64,000 nt of DNA from an uncultured Solirubrobacteraceae bacterium (GCA_963743745.1 CAVUQW010000001.1:112827-176826); one strand, 5' to 3'; positions 43,474 through 55,269 are shown, counted from the stretch's first letter. Made by a program: numbers and translations. The notes: a model not told the origin generated them from the letters alone.

Positions 43474-43577
43474 TGCAGGCCATCTTCGCAGGCGATCGCG
43501 CCCGTTCCGGCAGTTCGCGCTGCGCGCGCCGCCCCGCGGCCATCTTTGCGGAGCATCAAAAAAGTGGAAGACGGCGG

Positions 43578-44729
43578 CTAGCCGAGGGCGAGCACGAGCC
43601 CGCTCGCCAGCTCGCGCGCGCGGCGGTCCGCCTCGTACAGCGACTCGAACGCCAGCACCGGCTCTGCGCCGAGCTCCGACAGCGTGCGCTCGATCACCTC
43701 CGCGATCTCCAGGAAGCGCAGGCGCCCCTCGAGGAACGCGTGCACCGCGATCTCGTTCGCCGCGTTCAGCACGCACGGCGCCGTCCCGCCCGCGCGCGCA
43801 GCTTCGCCCGCCAGGCGCAGGCACGGGAACGCCTCCAGGTCGACCCGCTCGAAGTTCAGCTCGCCGATCTGCGCCAGATCCAGCGGTGCGATGCCGAGGT
43901 CCGCGCTTTCGCCGCCGTGCAGCGCGTAGGAGATCGCGATGCGCATGTCCGGCGGGCCCAGGTGCGCCAGCATCGCCCCGTCCGCCAGCTGGATCAGGCC
44001 GTGCACGAGCGACTGCGGGTGCACGACAACGTCGATCCGGTCATACGGCGTTCCGAACAGGTGGTGCGCCTCCATCAGCTCCAGGCCCTTGTTCATCAGC
44101 GTCGCCGAGTCGATCGTGATCTTGCCGCCCATCGCCCACGTCGGGTGATCGAGCGCCTGCTCGACCGTCACCTCCGCCAGCTCTGAGCGCGTGCGTCCGC
44201 GGAACGGGCCGCCGCTCGCCGTGATCGTCATCCGCTCGACCGCCCCCGGCGGCTGGCCCGAGATCAGCTGGTGAAGCGCCGTGTGCTCCGAGTCCACCGG
44301 CACGATCCGCGCCCCCGTCGCCTCCGCCAGCGCCGTCACCAGCTCGCCGCCCACGACCAGCGACTCCTTGTTCGCAAGCGCCAGGTCGATGCCCTCGCCG
44401 AGCGTCGCCACCGTCGGCCCCAGGCCCGCCGAGCCGACCAGCGAGTTGAGCACCAGCTCCGCCCCCGATTCCACGACCAGCTTGACCAGGCCCTCCGCGC
44501 CGCCCAGCACCTTGCCGTCCGTCCACGTCTCCGCCGCCCGCGCCGCCGCGTCCTCGTCCGCCAGCGCCACGCGCTTGACGCCGTGCTCGCGCGCCTGCAC
44601 GATCAGCTCCTGCCACGATCGCTCCGCCGAGAGACCGACCACTTCCAGCTCCGGCTCGCGCGCGCAGACGTCCAGCGCCTGCGTGCCGATCGAGCCCGTC
44701 GAGCCGAGGATCAGGACGCGCTTTGCCAT
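43578..44729 (-). CDS. dxr: DXP reductoisomerase
   Basis: LGSTGSIG, ANKESLV, PVDSEH, HP.W.MG.KIT.DSATLMNKGLE, NAANE. Confidence 0.97.
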   Translation of the reverse strand: MAKRVLILGSTGSIGTQALDVCAREPELEVVGLSAERSWQELIVQAREHGVKRVALADEDAAARAAETWTDGKVLGGAEGLVKLVVESGAELVLNSLVGSAGLGPTVATLGEGIDLALANKESLVVGGELVTALAEATGARIVPVDSEHTALHQLISGQPPGAVERMTITASGGPFRGRTRSELAEVTVEQALDHPTWAMGGKITIDSATLMNKGLELMEAHHLFGTPYDRIDVVVHPQSLVHGLIQLADGAMLAHLGPPDMRIAISYALHGGESADLGIAPLDLAQIGELNFERVDLEAFPCLRLAGEAARAGGTAPCVLNAANEIAVHAFLEGRLRFLEIAEVIERTLSELGAEPVLAFESLYEADRRARELASGLVLALG

Positions 44730-44778
44730 GCCATGACCCTACGCGCTCGCGCGGGTGGAGCGGCGCACCGGGGCCGCG

Positions 44779-46317
44779 CTAGGAGTACGTGTACTGGTCG
44801 CCGCTCGATTTCGGGCTGGCGATCCCGCCGACCGTCGCTTTGACCTGCACCGTCGCCGCCGCGTGCGCCGGCGTGAGCATCGTGCACGTCGTGCTCGAGC
44901 TGCAGTTCACCGCCGTCGCCTTGGGCGAGCCGAATTTGAAGACCGTCGCCGAGCCGAGCGCGAAGCCCGAGCCGGTGACCGTCACGCTCGTGCCCCCCGC
45001 CGTGCTGCCGGCAGCCGGTTTCACCGCCGTCACCGTCGGCGTGTACTTGAAGTGATCCGCCGCCGACAGCGCGCTCGTGCCGCCCGAGTTGGTGACCGTC
45101 ACGTCGACCGTGCCCGTCGCCCCCGGCGGCGAAGTCGCCGTGATTTTGCTCGGCGAGGTGACCGTGAACGACGCGCTCTGCGTGCCGAAGTGCACCGCCG
45201 TGATCCCCGCGAAGCTCGTGCCCGTGATCTTCACGACAGTGCCGCCGCCGGCCGGCCCTTTGACAGGCGAGACTTTCGTCACCCCCGGCGTGCCGACCGC
45301 GAAACGCTGCTTGCACATGCTGCCTTCGTTGCTCCACTCCTGCTGGTACCAGTACTCGCGGCCGTCGACCAGCTGGTTGTAGCGCGAGCCGTCCGGCGCT
45401 TTGCCCAGCGGCGTGCCGAATTCGCTCGACGTCTGGAACGTACGGCACTTGTCGCCGTTCTCTTCGCCGTTGGCCGCGTACCACGCGTTCAGCTCCGGGT
45501 CCGTCGTCGACTCGTTGTGCTCGTGGCTGAGGCCGCCCTGCAGCGCCCCGTCCGACGGACTTTCGTTCGGGTGTTCGCCGTCGTCGCAGCCTTCGATCCC
45601 CGTCACGTAGGCGTCGTTGGCGTACACGATCGTCCCCCCGCCCGAGGCGAAGCTGCCGTGGTAGGCGCAGTACGTCGGCGCATTGCTTCCCGCCGAGCAT
45701 TCCGCGCCCCCCGCCGCGAAGCAGTTCTCGACGCCCGGCGGCGTGAGGATGAAGTACTCGTGCGTCAGGTCCTTCGGCAGTCCGTTGGCCGTGACGTAGC
45801 TGCTCAGCTCCGCCTGCAGCTGGGCGTCCGTGAGGCAGATCGGCGCCTTTTTGCAGCCGTTCGCCGGGTACGGGTCGGTGTCGAGGATCGCCCCCGCGAA
45901 GTGCGAGTCATACGCCACCGCTTCGCCGCCGCCGTTCGTGTACTGCGTCGCCACCGAGTCCACGTTCTGGTTGCCGCCGCTGTCGTGCGCCAGGTCTTCC
46001 AGGTACCGGTCGACGCCTTCCCGGTAGCCCGCCGGATAAGCGGAGGAGCCGCTCGGCGACCAGTAGAACGTGTAGTTCGTGTTCGACGCCATCACCGGAC
46101 CGCCGTGGTAGATCAGGTTCGACACCGCCAGCGGTTCGATGCTCAGCGCCGACAGGCCCGACCCCGGCTTCAGCGGCTGATAGCTGACTGTCTTGCCGCT
46201 TTCCAGCTGCACGATCACCGCCGAAGCGCTCGACGCGCTCAGCGCAAGCAACGATGTCGCCAGCAGCGACGCGATCGCGATCGCCGCGAGTTTCCTCTGC
46301 ATCATCCCTCCCGTCAC
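44779..46317 (-). CDS. Secreted Phi-1/EXORDIUM-like domain protein with two IPT/TIG domains
   Basis: Signal peptide; YHGGPVM, CAYH, SHE..E..TDP, ENGDKC; two P..G...GGT.V.[IV]TG..F repeats. Confidence 0.75.
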   Translation of the reverse strand: MTGGMMQRKLAAIAIASLLATSLLALSASSASAVIVQLESGKTVSYQPLKPGSGLSALSIEPLAVSNLIYHGGPVMASNTNYTFYWSPSGSSAYPAGYREGVDRYLEDLAHDSGGNQNVDSVATQYTNGGGEAVAYDSHFAGAILDTDPYPANGCKKAPICLTDAQLQAELSSYVTANGLPKDLTHEYFILTPPGVENCFAAGGAECSAGSNAPTYCAYHGSFASGGGTIVYANDAYVTGIEGCDDGEHPNESPSDGALQGGLSHEHNESTTDPELNAWYAANGEENGDKCRTFQTSSEFGTPLGKAPDGSRYNQLVDGREYWYQQEWSNEGSMCKQRFAVGTPGVTKVSPVKGPAGGGTVVKITGTSFAGITAVHFGTQSASFTVTSPSKITATSPPGATGTVDVTVTNSGGTSALSAADHFKYTPTVTAVKPAAGSTAGGTSVTVTGSGFALGSATVFKFGSPKATAVNCSSSTTCTMLTPAHAAATVQVKATVGGIASPKSSGDQYTYS

Positions 46318-46418
46318 GGTTCCCTCTGCCCGAAACCGTACACGGCTCAGAGGTCAAGCGCCACCGTAGATGGACGCTTGGACGGCATGGCGGCGCACGC
46401 CCGCAGGCGCGCTGGCGC

Positions 46419-47345
46419 TCAGACGTACGCCGCCCAGATGTAGTAGCCGACGACCGCCGCGAACAGCACCGCGTCGAGCCGGTCCAGCGCCCCACCGTGC
46501 GCCCCGAACAGCCCGCCCGAGTCCTTCGTGCGCGCCTCGCGCTTGACGAACGACTCGAACAGGTCGCCGACGGGCGCGACGAACGCGACGCCGAGTCCGA
46601 GCACGAGCGCGTGCGTCCCGGGCAGCCATTCCTGGTAGCGCCCGGCGATCCACACGGCGAGCACAGCGCAGACCATCCCGATCAGCAGGCCCTCGACGGT
46701 CTTGTTGGGCGATATGGCCGGAGCGAGCGGGCGTCTGCCGAACAGGCGCCCGCCGAAGTAGGCGCCGGTGTCGCCGAGGAACGTGCCCACGAGCACGTCG
46801 ATCACGATGCCCAGGCCGTGCGGCAACCCACGCAGCATCACCGCGTGCGCCAGCGCCAGCCCGATCCAGTAGATCCCGAGCAGCGTCACCGACAGCCCAC
46901 CGACGCTCGGGCGCGGCTGCAGCACGGTCAGCCCGAACAGCAGCGGCAGCGCGGCGACGAGCACGAGCAGCACCTGGAACTGGCTGCCCCAGTTGGCCGC
47001 CACGAGCAGCCCCGCGAGCGCGATGAAGCCGGCCAGGCGCACCGGATGGGCACGCGCGAACATGCCGTAGAGCTCGTGCAGGCAGATGCAGCCGAGCACG
47101 AACACGCCGAACGTGAAGATCGCGCCGCCCTCGATCACGAGGAACAGCGCGACCGCGATCGCCGGGATCGCCGCGAGCAGCCGCGCACGCAGCTCCGAGC
47201 CCTGTCCTCCGCCGCCGCCACCCTCGGCCGCGACGCGGCGGCGCACGAGCGGGCCGCCGGCGCGCCTCACGCGCTGCGGGCGCCCGCGCGACGGGCGATG
47301 GCGCCCGCTGCGACCGGCGGGCGTGCGCGCGCCGCCACTGGCCAT
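46419..47345 (-). CDS. cdsA: Phosphatidate cytidylyltransferase
   Basis: D.GAYFGG, ISPNKTVEG, GDLFES..KR....KDSG.....HGG.LDR.D. Confidence 0.94.
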   Translation of the reverse strand: MASGGARTPAGRSGRHRPSRGRPQRVRRAGGPLVRRRVAAEGGGGGGQGSELRARLLAAIPAIAVALFLVIEGGAIFTFGVFVLGCICLHELYGMFARAHPVRLAGFIALAGLLVAANWGSQFQVLLVLVAALPLLFGLTVLQPRPSVGGLSVTLLGIYWIGLALAHAVMLRGLPHGLGIVIDVLVGTFLGDTGAYFGGRLFGRRPLAPAISPNKTVEGLLIGMVCAVLAVWIAGRYQEWLPGTHALVLGLGVAFVAPVGDLFESFVKREARTKDSGGLFGAHGGALDRLDAVLFAAVVGYYIWAAYV

Positions 47346-48049
47346 CAACGCGCCCCGAAGCGTCTGCGCCGGCGGGAGAACTCGGCCAGCGACTCGGCGA
47401 GCGCGTCGCGCGAGAAGTCGGGCCACAGCTCCTCGCGGAAGATCAGCTCGGCGTAGGCCGACTGCCACAGGAGGTAGTTGGACAGCCGCTGCTCGCCGCT
47501 CGTGCGGATGATCAGGTCTGGGTCGTGCATCTCCGGCGCGTACAGGCAGGCGCGGAAGTCCTCCTCGCTGCCGCCGCTGAAGCGTCGGGCGGCGTCGAGG
47601 ATCTCGGCGCGGCCGCCGTAGTTGAAGGCGACGTACAGCGTGATCCGCTCGTTCTGCGCCGTCAGCTCTTCGGCCCAGTCCATCCGCTCGACGAGCTCCT
47701 GCGGAGATCCCCTCGCGCCGGCCGATGAAGCGCATGCGCACGCCCTCCTCGTGCAGCTCCGGCGTCTCGCCGGCGATGCGCGTGGAGAACATCGCCATCA
47801 GCCCGGCGACCTCCTCGGCCGGGCGCGACCAGTTCTCGGTCGAGAACGAGTAGACGGTCAGCTCCTGCACGCCGAACTCGGCCGCGTCGCGCAGGCGCGC
47901 CTTGACCGTGTCGGCGCCGGCGTCGTGGCCCTCGTTGACGGGCACGCCGTGCTCGCGCGCCCAGCGCCCGTTGCCGTCGGTGATGATCGCGACGTAGCGC
48001 GCCGACGCGACGGTCGTCGCCGCCGCCGTCGGTTGCTCGGCGGCGGCCA

Positions 48050-48050
<1 letters not shown>
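47345..48050 (-). CDS. uppS: Undecaprenyl diphosphate synthase (indel near 47695)
   Basis: II.DGNGRWA, FSTENWSRP, NYGGR.EI, RTSGE.RLSN.LLWQ.AY.E. Confidence 0.94.
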
Positions 48051-49370
<1,320 letters not shown>

Positions 49371-49428
49371 CTACTCAGTCGCCGTGCGCCCGAGGGAGCG
49401 GGCGGGGGCTGTATACGAAAAATCGGCG

Positions 49429-49476
49429 ATTGGTAGCAATGGTATGTACGGCGCCGTATATGCCATGGCTATCGAT
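49429..49476 (+). repeat. 48-bp imperfect palindrome in an AT-richer tsf-pyrH spacer
   Basis: ATTGGTAGCAATGGTATGTACGGC|GCCGTATATGCCATGGCTATCGAT. Confidence 0.7.
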
Positions 49477-49547
49477 ACTGCGAAACAGCGACACGCCCTG
49501 CGCGCGTCTGCCGCCAGCCGAGCCGTCCACCTGCGCGAGCCGGCTGC

Positions 49548-50153
49548 CTACTGCCCTACCGCGAACCGAGCAAACCGCCTGATCACGACGTTCTCGCCGG
49601 TCGTCGCTGTGAGCTCGTCGCGCAGCTGCTGCACGGTCTTGCCGTCGAACTTGGGGTTGTGCATCTCCTGCTCGAGCAGCACGATCGTCTGGTACCAGGA
49701 GTCGAGCTTGCCGGTGACGATTTTCTCGCGCACGTTCTCGGGCTTGTCGGCGGCTTCCTGCTCGTAGATCTTGGCCTCGGCGTCGCGCACGTCCGCGGGC
49801 ACGTCCTCGCGGCTGACGTAGTTGACGGTCGGCGTGGCGGCGATCTGCAGGGCGACGTCGCGGGCGAACTGCGTGAAGTCGTCGTTGGAGGCGACGAAGT
49901 CGGTGTTGCAGTCGACCTCGATCAGCACGCCGACGCGGGCGCCGGCGTGGATGTAGGCCTGCACGGTGCCCTCGGTGGCCTGGCGCTCGCCGAGGTCTTG
50001 GATCTTCTTGCCCTGCTTGACGCGCAGCAGCTCGATCGCCTTGTCCATGTCGCCCTCGGCCTCGGCGAGGGCTTTCTTGCAGTCCATCATGCCGGCGCCG
50101 GTGCGCTCGCGCAGCGCCTTTACGTCCTTGGCTGCGATCTCGGTGGTGCTCAT
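49548..50153 (-). CDS. tsf: Elongation factor Ts (short form)
   Basis: VK.LRERTGAGMMDCKKAL, EV.C.TDFV, IRRFARF; 201 aa. Confidence 0.96.
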   Translation of the reverse strand: MSTTEIAAKDVKALRERTGAGMMDCKKALAEAEGDMDKAIELLRVKQGKKIQDLGERQATEGTVQAYIHAGARVGVLIEVDCNTDFVASNDDFTQFARDVALQIAATPTVNYVSREDVPADVRDAEAKIYEQEAADKPENVREKIVTGKLDSWYQTIVLLEQEMHNPKFDGKTVQQLRDELTATTGENVVIRRFARFAVGQ

Positions 50154-51394
50154 TGCTGCTGTGCCTCCTTCGCGGGCTCCTCGGCCTGCGCGCTCTCGTC
50201 TGTTCCCTGCGCGACGGCCACCGGCTCGGCGGCGGGCTCGGCGGGCGTGTCGGTGCTGCTCTCGGCGGGGGCCTCGGGGGCAGGCGCCTCCGCGGCGGGT
50301 GCCGGAGCCTCCTCGGCGGGCGCCTCGGCCGCGGGCGCCTCGGCCTCACTCTCGGCGGCGATCTCGGGCGGCGCGGACTGCGCCTTGGCGGGCCGGTCGG
50401 CGTCGGGCGTGGCGTTCATCGGCGTGACGGACTCCTGCTGGGGCTCGAGCGTGGCCGGATCGGCGGGGGCTGCTGGCACGGGCGTGGTCTCGGGGACGGG
50501 CTGCTGAGCAGCGGCCGCGGCTGCGGCCTTTTCGGCGGCGGCTTTCTCGTGGAAGGCCCGCTCGGCTGCGGCTTTTTCCTCGGCCTCTTTCTTGGCGAGT
50601 TCCTCGGCCTCGCGCTTGGCCTGCTCTTCGGCCTCGCGCTTGGCGCGCGCTTCGGCCTCGACGCGGGCTTTTTCCTCGGCTTCCTTGCGCGCCTTCTCCT
50701 CCTCGGCGCGGAACACGGAGTGGCCCTCCTGCACGACCTGGCCGATGGCCTGCGTGATCAGCGCGCAGGAGCGAATGGCGTCGTCGTTGCCGGGAACCAC
50801 GAAGTCGATCCCGTCGGGGTCGCAGTTGGTGTCGACGAGGCCGATGATCGGGATGCGCAGGCGACGGGCCTCTTTGACGGCGATCTCCTCGGTCTTCAGG
50901 TCGATCACGAACATCGCGTCGGGAACGCGCTGCATGTTCTTCACGCCGCCGAGGTTGGCGCGCAGCTTGGCGAGGTCGGCCTGTGCGGCCATCCGCTCAC
51001 GCGTGGGCAGCAGCGCGAGCTGTCCCTCGGTCTCGTAGCGTTCGAGGTCGTGCAGCCGGCGGATGCGCAGGCCGATCGTCTGGAAGTTGGTCAGCAGGCC
51101 GCCGAGCCAGCGGTGGTTGACGAACGGCATGTCGGCGGCTTCGGCGACGTCCTTGATCGTGTCGCGCGCCTGCTTCTTGGTGCCGACGAACAGCACGGTG
51201 CCGCCGCGGTGGGAGATGTCTGAGGCGAAGGCCTGCGCCTGCTCGAGCAGGGCCTGCGTCTTGACGAGGTCGATGATGTAGTTGCCGCCGCGCTCGCCGA
51301 AGATGAAGCGGCGCATCTTTGGGTTCCAGCGGCGCGTCTGGTGGCCGAAATGAACGCCTGCCTCCAGCAGCTCCGCGATGCCTACCTGAGCCAC
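50150..51394 (-). CDS. rpsB: 30S ribosomal protein S2 with a long C-terminal extension
   Basis: LLEAGVHFGHQTRRWNPKM, RWLGG.LTN, DTNCDPD, PGNDDA. Confidence 0.97.
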   Translation of the reverse strand: MAQVGIAELLEAGVHFGHQTRRWNPKMRRFIFGERGGNYIIDLVKTQALLEQAQAFASDISHRGGTVLFVGTKKQARDTIKDVAEAADMPFVNHRWLGGLLTNFQTIGLRIRRLHDLERYETEGQLALLPTRERMAAQADLAKLRANLGGVKNMQRVPDAMFVIDLKTEEIAVKEARRLRIPIIGLVDTNCDPDGIDFVVPGNDDAIRSCALITQAIGQVVQEGHSVFRAEEEKARKEAEEKARVEAEARAKREAEEQAKREAEELAKKEAEEKAAAERAFHEKAAAEKAAAAAAAQQPVPETTPVPAAPADPATLEPQQESVTPMNATPDADRPAKAQSAPPEIAAESEAEAPAAEAPAEEAPAPAAEAPAPEAPAESSTDTPAEPAAEPVAVAQGTDESAQAEEPAKEAQQQ

Positions 51395-51523
51395 GAGTAC
51401 TCCCTTTATTTATTAATTTGATGACGACCGACTGAAAACGCGGACCCGGCTGTGCGACGCATGGTTCGCAGTACCGGGCAGGGCCGCGTCCGACATCGGA
51501 CGGATAGAAGGTCTGTGAACGAT

Positions 51524-52223
51524 TCAGGATAGCCGCTCGGCGCGTGCGAGCGCCTCGCGCAGATCGCCGGGGAGCGGCGAGCTGACGTCGATCGGAGCGC
51601 CCGTGACGGGGTGCGCGAAGGCCAGGCGCGCGGCGTGCAGGAACTGCCGTTGCAGGCCGAGCGCGCCGCGGCCGCCGTACTCGGGGTCGCCGGCGACGGG
51701 GTGCCCGATCGCCTGCAGGTGCACGCGGATCTGGTGCGTGCGCCCCGTCTCCATTTGAGCTTGAGCAGCGAGTGCTCGGGCAGGGCGCGCTCGAGCTCGA
51801 AGTGCGTGCGCGCCTCGCGCGGGTGCGAGCCGCCGACGGCCATGCGCGTGCGCACGCGCGGGTCGCGTCCGATCGGCGCCTCGATCGTGCCGCTGCGCGC
51901 GGGCGGGCGCCCGATCACGAGCGCCAGGTATTCGCGTTCGATCTCGCGCCGCTGCAGCGCGCGCTGGAGCTTCGGCGTGGACCTGCTCGGAGCGCGCGAC
52001 GACGAGCAGCCCGGAGGTGTCGCGGTCGAGGCGGTGGACGATGCCGGCGCGGTCGGGGTCGCCGCCGGCGGCGCCGGACTGCGCCATGCGCGAGCAGCTG
52101 GGAGAGCGTGCCCTCGCGGTGGCCCTTGGCCGGGTGCACGACGAGGCCGGCGGCCTTGTCGACGACGAGCAGGTGCTCGTCCTCGTAGGCGATCGCGAAG
52201 GGCTCGCTGGCGTCGGAGCTCAT
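51524..52223 (-). CDS. RluA/RluD pseudouridine synthase (indels; no S4 domain)
   Basis: [38 protein letters not shown]. Confidence 0.9.
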
Positions 52224-52693
52224 GCCTCGGCGCGCTTGGCGGCATGGCGGGCGTGGTCGATCACGAGAAACAGGATCAGCACGCCGAAGGTGATCGACAC
52301 GTCGGCGAGGTTGAACGGCGGCCAGCCGAGCGGGAGCTTGATGAAGTCGGTCACGGAGCCCTCGCGCAGGCGATCGACGACGTTGCCGATGGCGCCGCCG
52401 ATCAGCATGCCGGTGGGCAGCCAGATCAGCCGCTCGCGCGTGTGCAGGGCGAAGTAGACGAGCAGCGCGAGCAGGGCGACGCCGATCAGGATCGTGATCG
52501 CGATGTGGCTGCCGGGCAGGAAGCCGAAGGCCACGCCGTGGTTGCGCGTGTTGACGAGCTCGACGCCGGGCAGCAGTTTGCGTTCTTCGCCCTCGACGAT
52601 GTCTGCGTTGACGGCGTGCTTGGAGAGCTGGTCGGCGGCGACGACGACGGCGAGCACGAGCGCGGCGCGCAGCCATGGGCCAGCGGCGCGCAT
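52220..52693 (-). CDS. lspA: Signal peptidase II
   Basis: DQ.SK, N.G.AFG, GGA.GN..DR, V.DFI, FNLAD. Confidence 0.95.
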   Translation of the reverse strand: MRAAGPWLRAALVLAVVVAADQLSKHAVNADIVEGEERKLLPGVELVNTRNHGVAFGFLPGSHIAITILIGVALLALLVYFALHTRERLIWLPTGMLIGGAIGNVVDRLREGSVTDFIKLPLGWPPFNLADVSITFGVLILFLVIDHARHAAKRAEA

Positions 52694-52699
52694 CGGCGC

Positions 52700-53002
52700 T
52701 CAGCCGTGGATCAGGTTGTTGACGACGATGGAGTTGACGATCTGCAGCGTGAGGATCGCGAGGATCGGGCTGAAGTCGAGCCCGCCGAAGGACGGGAGCA
52801 CGCGCCGGAAGATGCGCAGGAACGGTTCGCAGATGTCGCGCAGGAAGCCGAGCACGGCGTCGAGCGTGCGCGAGTACGACGGGCGGATGCCGACGGAGAA
52901 GAGCAGCTGGATCACGATGTAGAGGATGATCAGCAGCGTGTAGACGTAGATCAGCGTCGAGAGGTAGTCGGCGATCTGCGTGCGGGCGCTGGCGAGGAGC
53001 AA
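52700..53002 (-). CDS. YggT family membrane protein
   Basis: [17 protein letters not shown]. Confidence 0.88.
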   Translation of the reverse strand: MLLASARTQIADYLSTLIYVYTLLIILYIVIQLLFSVGIRPSYSRTLDAVLGFLRDICEPFLRIFRRVLPSFGGLDFSPILAILTLQIVNSIVVNNLIHG

Positions 53003-53007
53003 TCTGC

Positions 53008-53831
53008 TCAGCGCCCCTTCGACTGGGGACCCGCGCCGGAGGACGGAGCGCCTGGCGCGGGCTCGAGCACGGCGTCGAGGGCGTCGCTGAAGGCGGCGCG
53101 CAGGCCTGCGCGCTCGAGCGCGTCGAGCCCGCGCGCGGTGATCCCGCCGGGCGAGGTGACCTCGCGGCGCACGGCGACGGTGTCGTAGTCGCGCGTGCGC
53201 AACAGCTCGGCGGTGCCGGCGAGCGTCTGCACGACGAGCTCGGCGCCCTGGGCGGCGGGGATGCCCTTGCGCACGCCCGCGTCGATCTGCGCCTCGGCGA
53301 CGAGCGCGACGTAGGCGGGGGCGCACGACATCAGGCCCATGGCGACGTCGACGAGCGCGTCGTCGAGCACGACGAGCGTGCCGAGCTCGGCAAAGGAGGA
53401 GGCGACGAGCGCGTCGAGTGAGGCGTCGCGGTCGGGTGCTCCCGTTCGGCCTTGTCGACGGCGTCGCGGCCCTGCACGACGGCGCCCTGGCGCACCTCGA
53501 CGGGCAGCGAGGGGATGAAGCGGTACACGGGAATGCCGGGGTAGGCCTCGCGCAGCGCCTGCAGCGGCGTGGCGGCGAGGATCGAGGCGACGGCCTTGGC
53601 GTGCGGCGCGACTTCGGCGGCGACGTCGTGCAGCTGCGCGGGCTTGTGGCAGAGCACGACCAGGTCGGCGCGCTCGGCGACCTCGGCGTTGCTCGCAAGC
53701 GTCTCGCCGCCGAGCTCGGCGGCGAGCGCCTCGGCCCGCGCGTGCACGGGGTCGGCGCACAGCACGGGCTTGCCCCAACCACGCGCCAGTGCGCGCGCCA
53801 TGTTGCCTGCACCGATCAGACCGATCTGCAT
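53008..53831 (-). CDS. proC: Pyrroline-5-carboxylate reductase (indel near 53440)
   Basis: IG.IGAGNMA, KP, V.SPGG.T..G...LE. Confidence 0.92.
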
Positions 53832-53871
53832 GAGGAGACCACGCTACAGCCGGCGGCTAACGGCGGAGCCG

Positions 53872-54397
53872 CTAGGACTGATTGAAGAAGCCCTTCTCGA
53901 TCAAGCGCGCGCGCTCCTCGGCGGAGATCTCGACGTTGCGCGGCGTGAGCATGAAGACCTTGTCGGCGATCCGCTGCATGCCGCCGTCGAGTGCGTAGGT
54001 GAGCCCGGAGGCGAAGTCGATCAGGCGCTTGGAGAGGTCTGTTTCGGCGGACTGCAGGTTGAGGATCACGGGGACGGAGTCCTTGAACTTGTCGGCGATC
54101 TGCTGGGCGTCGTTGAAGGACTTGGGGATCACGAGGTGCACGCGCACATCGCCGTTGCGGAGCGACCGACTTGAGCACGGTCGTGGGACGTCCGCCGCCG
54201 CGGCGCGAGCCGCCTTCCTCCTCGGCGAAGATGTCGTCGAACTCGTCGCGGCGACGGCGCAGGCGGCGCACGTTGGGCCGCTCGCGGTAGCGATCCTCGA
54301 TCTCCGCCTCGGGCGGAGCGTCGTCGAAGTCGTCGTGATACTCCTCGGCAAGGCCGAAGTAGACGAGCGCGCTGTGCCAGGAGTCGCGGAAAGCCAT
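53872..54397 (-). CDS. sepF: Cell division protein SepF (indel near 54165)
   Basis: YFGL amphipathic start, P.SFNDAQ.I, KRLIDFASGL, F.LTP.NV. Confidence 0.92.
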
Positions 54398-54563
54398 TGG
54401 TGTAGGTGCGTTTTCGCCCGGCAGGGCAAATTCCCTGCTCGCGGCGGATTCCATGCTCATGCTAGTGCCCGCCCCCGCGGAATGCCCGGGTCGGCGGGCG
54501 CGAGTCGGGATCTGCCGAGATCGCCTCGGCGACGGACGTGGTCGTCCGCCGCCAACGCGAGGC

Positions 54564-55250
54564 CTAATCGTACAGCCGCGTGCCGATTCTCACAATGCTC
54601 GCGCCCTCCTCGACGGCGACGACGTAGTCCTGCGAAGTACCCATCGAGAGGTGCTCGAGCCCGTGCGCGCGGGCCAGCTCGCGCAGCCGCGCGAACCACG
54701 GCCGGCTCTGCTCGGGATCGTCGGCGAGCGGCGGCATCGTCATCAGCCCGGCGACGGGGACGGGCGAGCGTTCGATGAACTCGCCGAGCTGCTCGGGCGC
54801 GACGCCGGCCTTCTCCTGCTCATCGGCGACGTTGACCTCGAGCAGGATCCGCAGCCCCGGACGGGCCTGCGGCAGGTGACGCCCGATCGCGCGCAACGCG
54901 GACTCGGAGGCGACCGAGTGGATCAGGCGCACGCAGGGCACGATTTCGCGCACGCGCCGGCTCTGCAGCTGGCCGATGAAGTCCCACTCGAACAGCTCGC
55001 CGTGGGCGGCGTGCTTGGCTTGCAGCTCCTGTGCGCGGTTCTCGCCGACCAGCTCGATCCCAGCCTCTGCGAGCAGGGGCAGATCCTCGTTGCGGATGTA
55101 CTTGATCGCCGCGAGCAGCTCGACCGGGCGCGGCTCCCCTGCGGGACGGGCACGCGCCGAGCGCTGCGCGGCGGCATCGATCTCCTCGCGAACGCGCGCC
55201 AGGTTCGCGCGGATTCGCTCGACGTCGAGGTTCTCGATCAGCCGCGCCAT
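54564..55250 (-). CDS. yggS: YggS PLP homeostasis protein
   Basis: LLA..KY, GENRAQE, FIGQLQS, GLMTMPP, LSMGTS.DY, RIG. Confidence 0.93.
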   Translation of the reverse strand: MARLIENLDVERIRANLARVREEIDAAAQRSARARPAGEPRPVELLAAIKYIRNEDLPLLAEAGIELVGENRAQELQAKHAAHGELFEWDFIGQLQSRRVREIVPCVRLIHSVASESALRAIGRHLPQARPGLRILLEVNVADEQEKAGVAPEQLGEFIERSPVPVAGLMTMPPLADDPEQSRPWFARLRELARAHGLEHLSMGTSQDYVVAVEEGASIVRIGTRLYD

Positions 55251-55269
55251 TCGATGCCTGCGCCCTCGC

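Noticed and set aside
51395-51523. rpsB (S2) leader RNA
   Set aside because: Plausible by position and some pairing, but I could not match the consensus well enough to call it.
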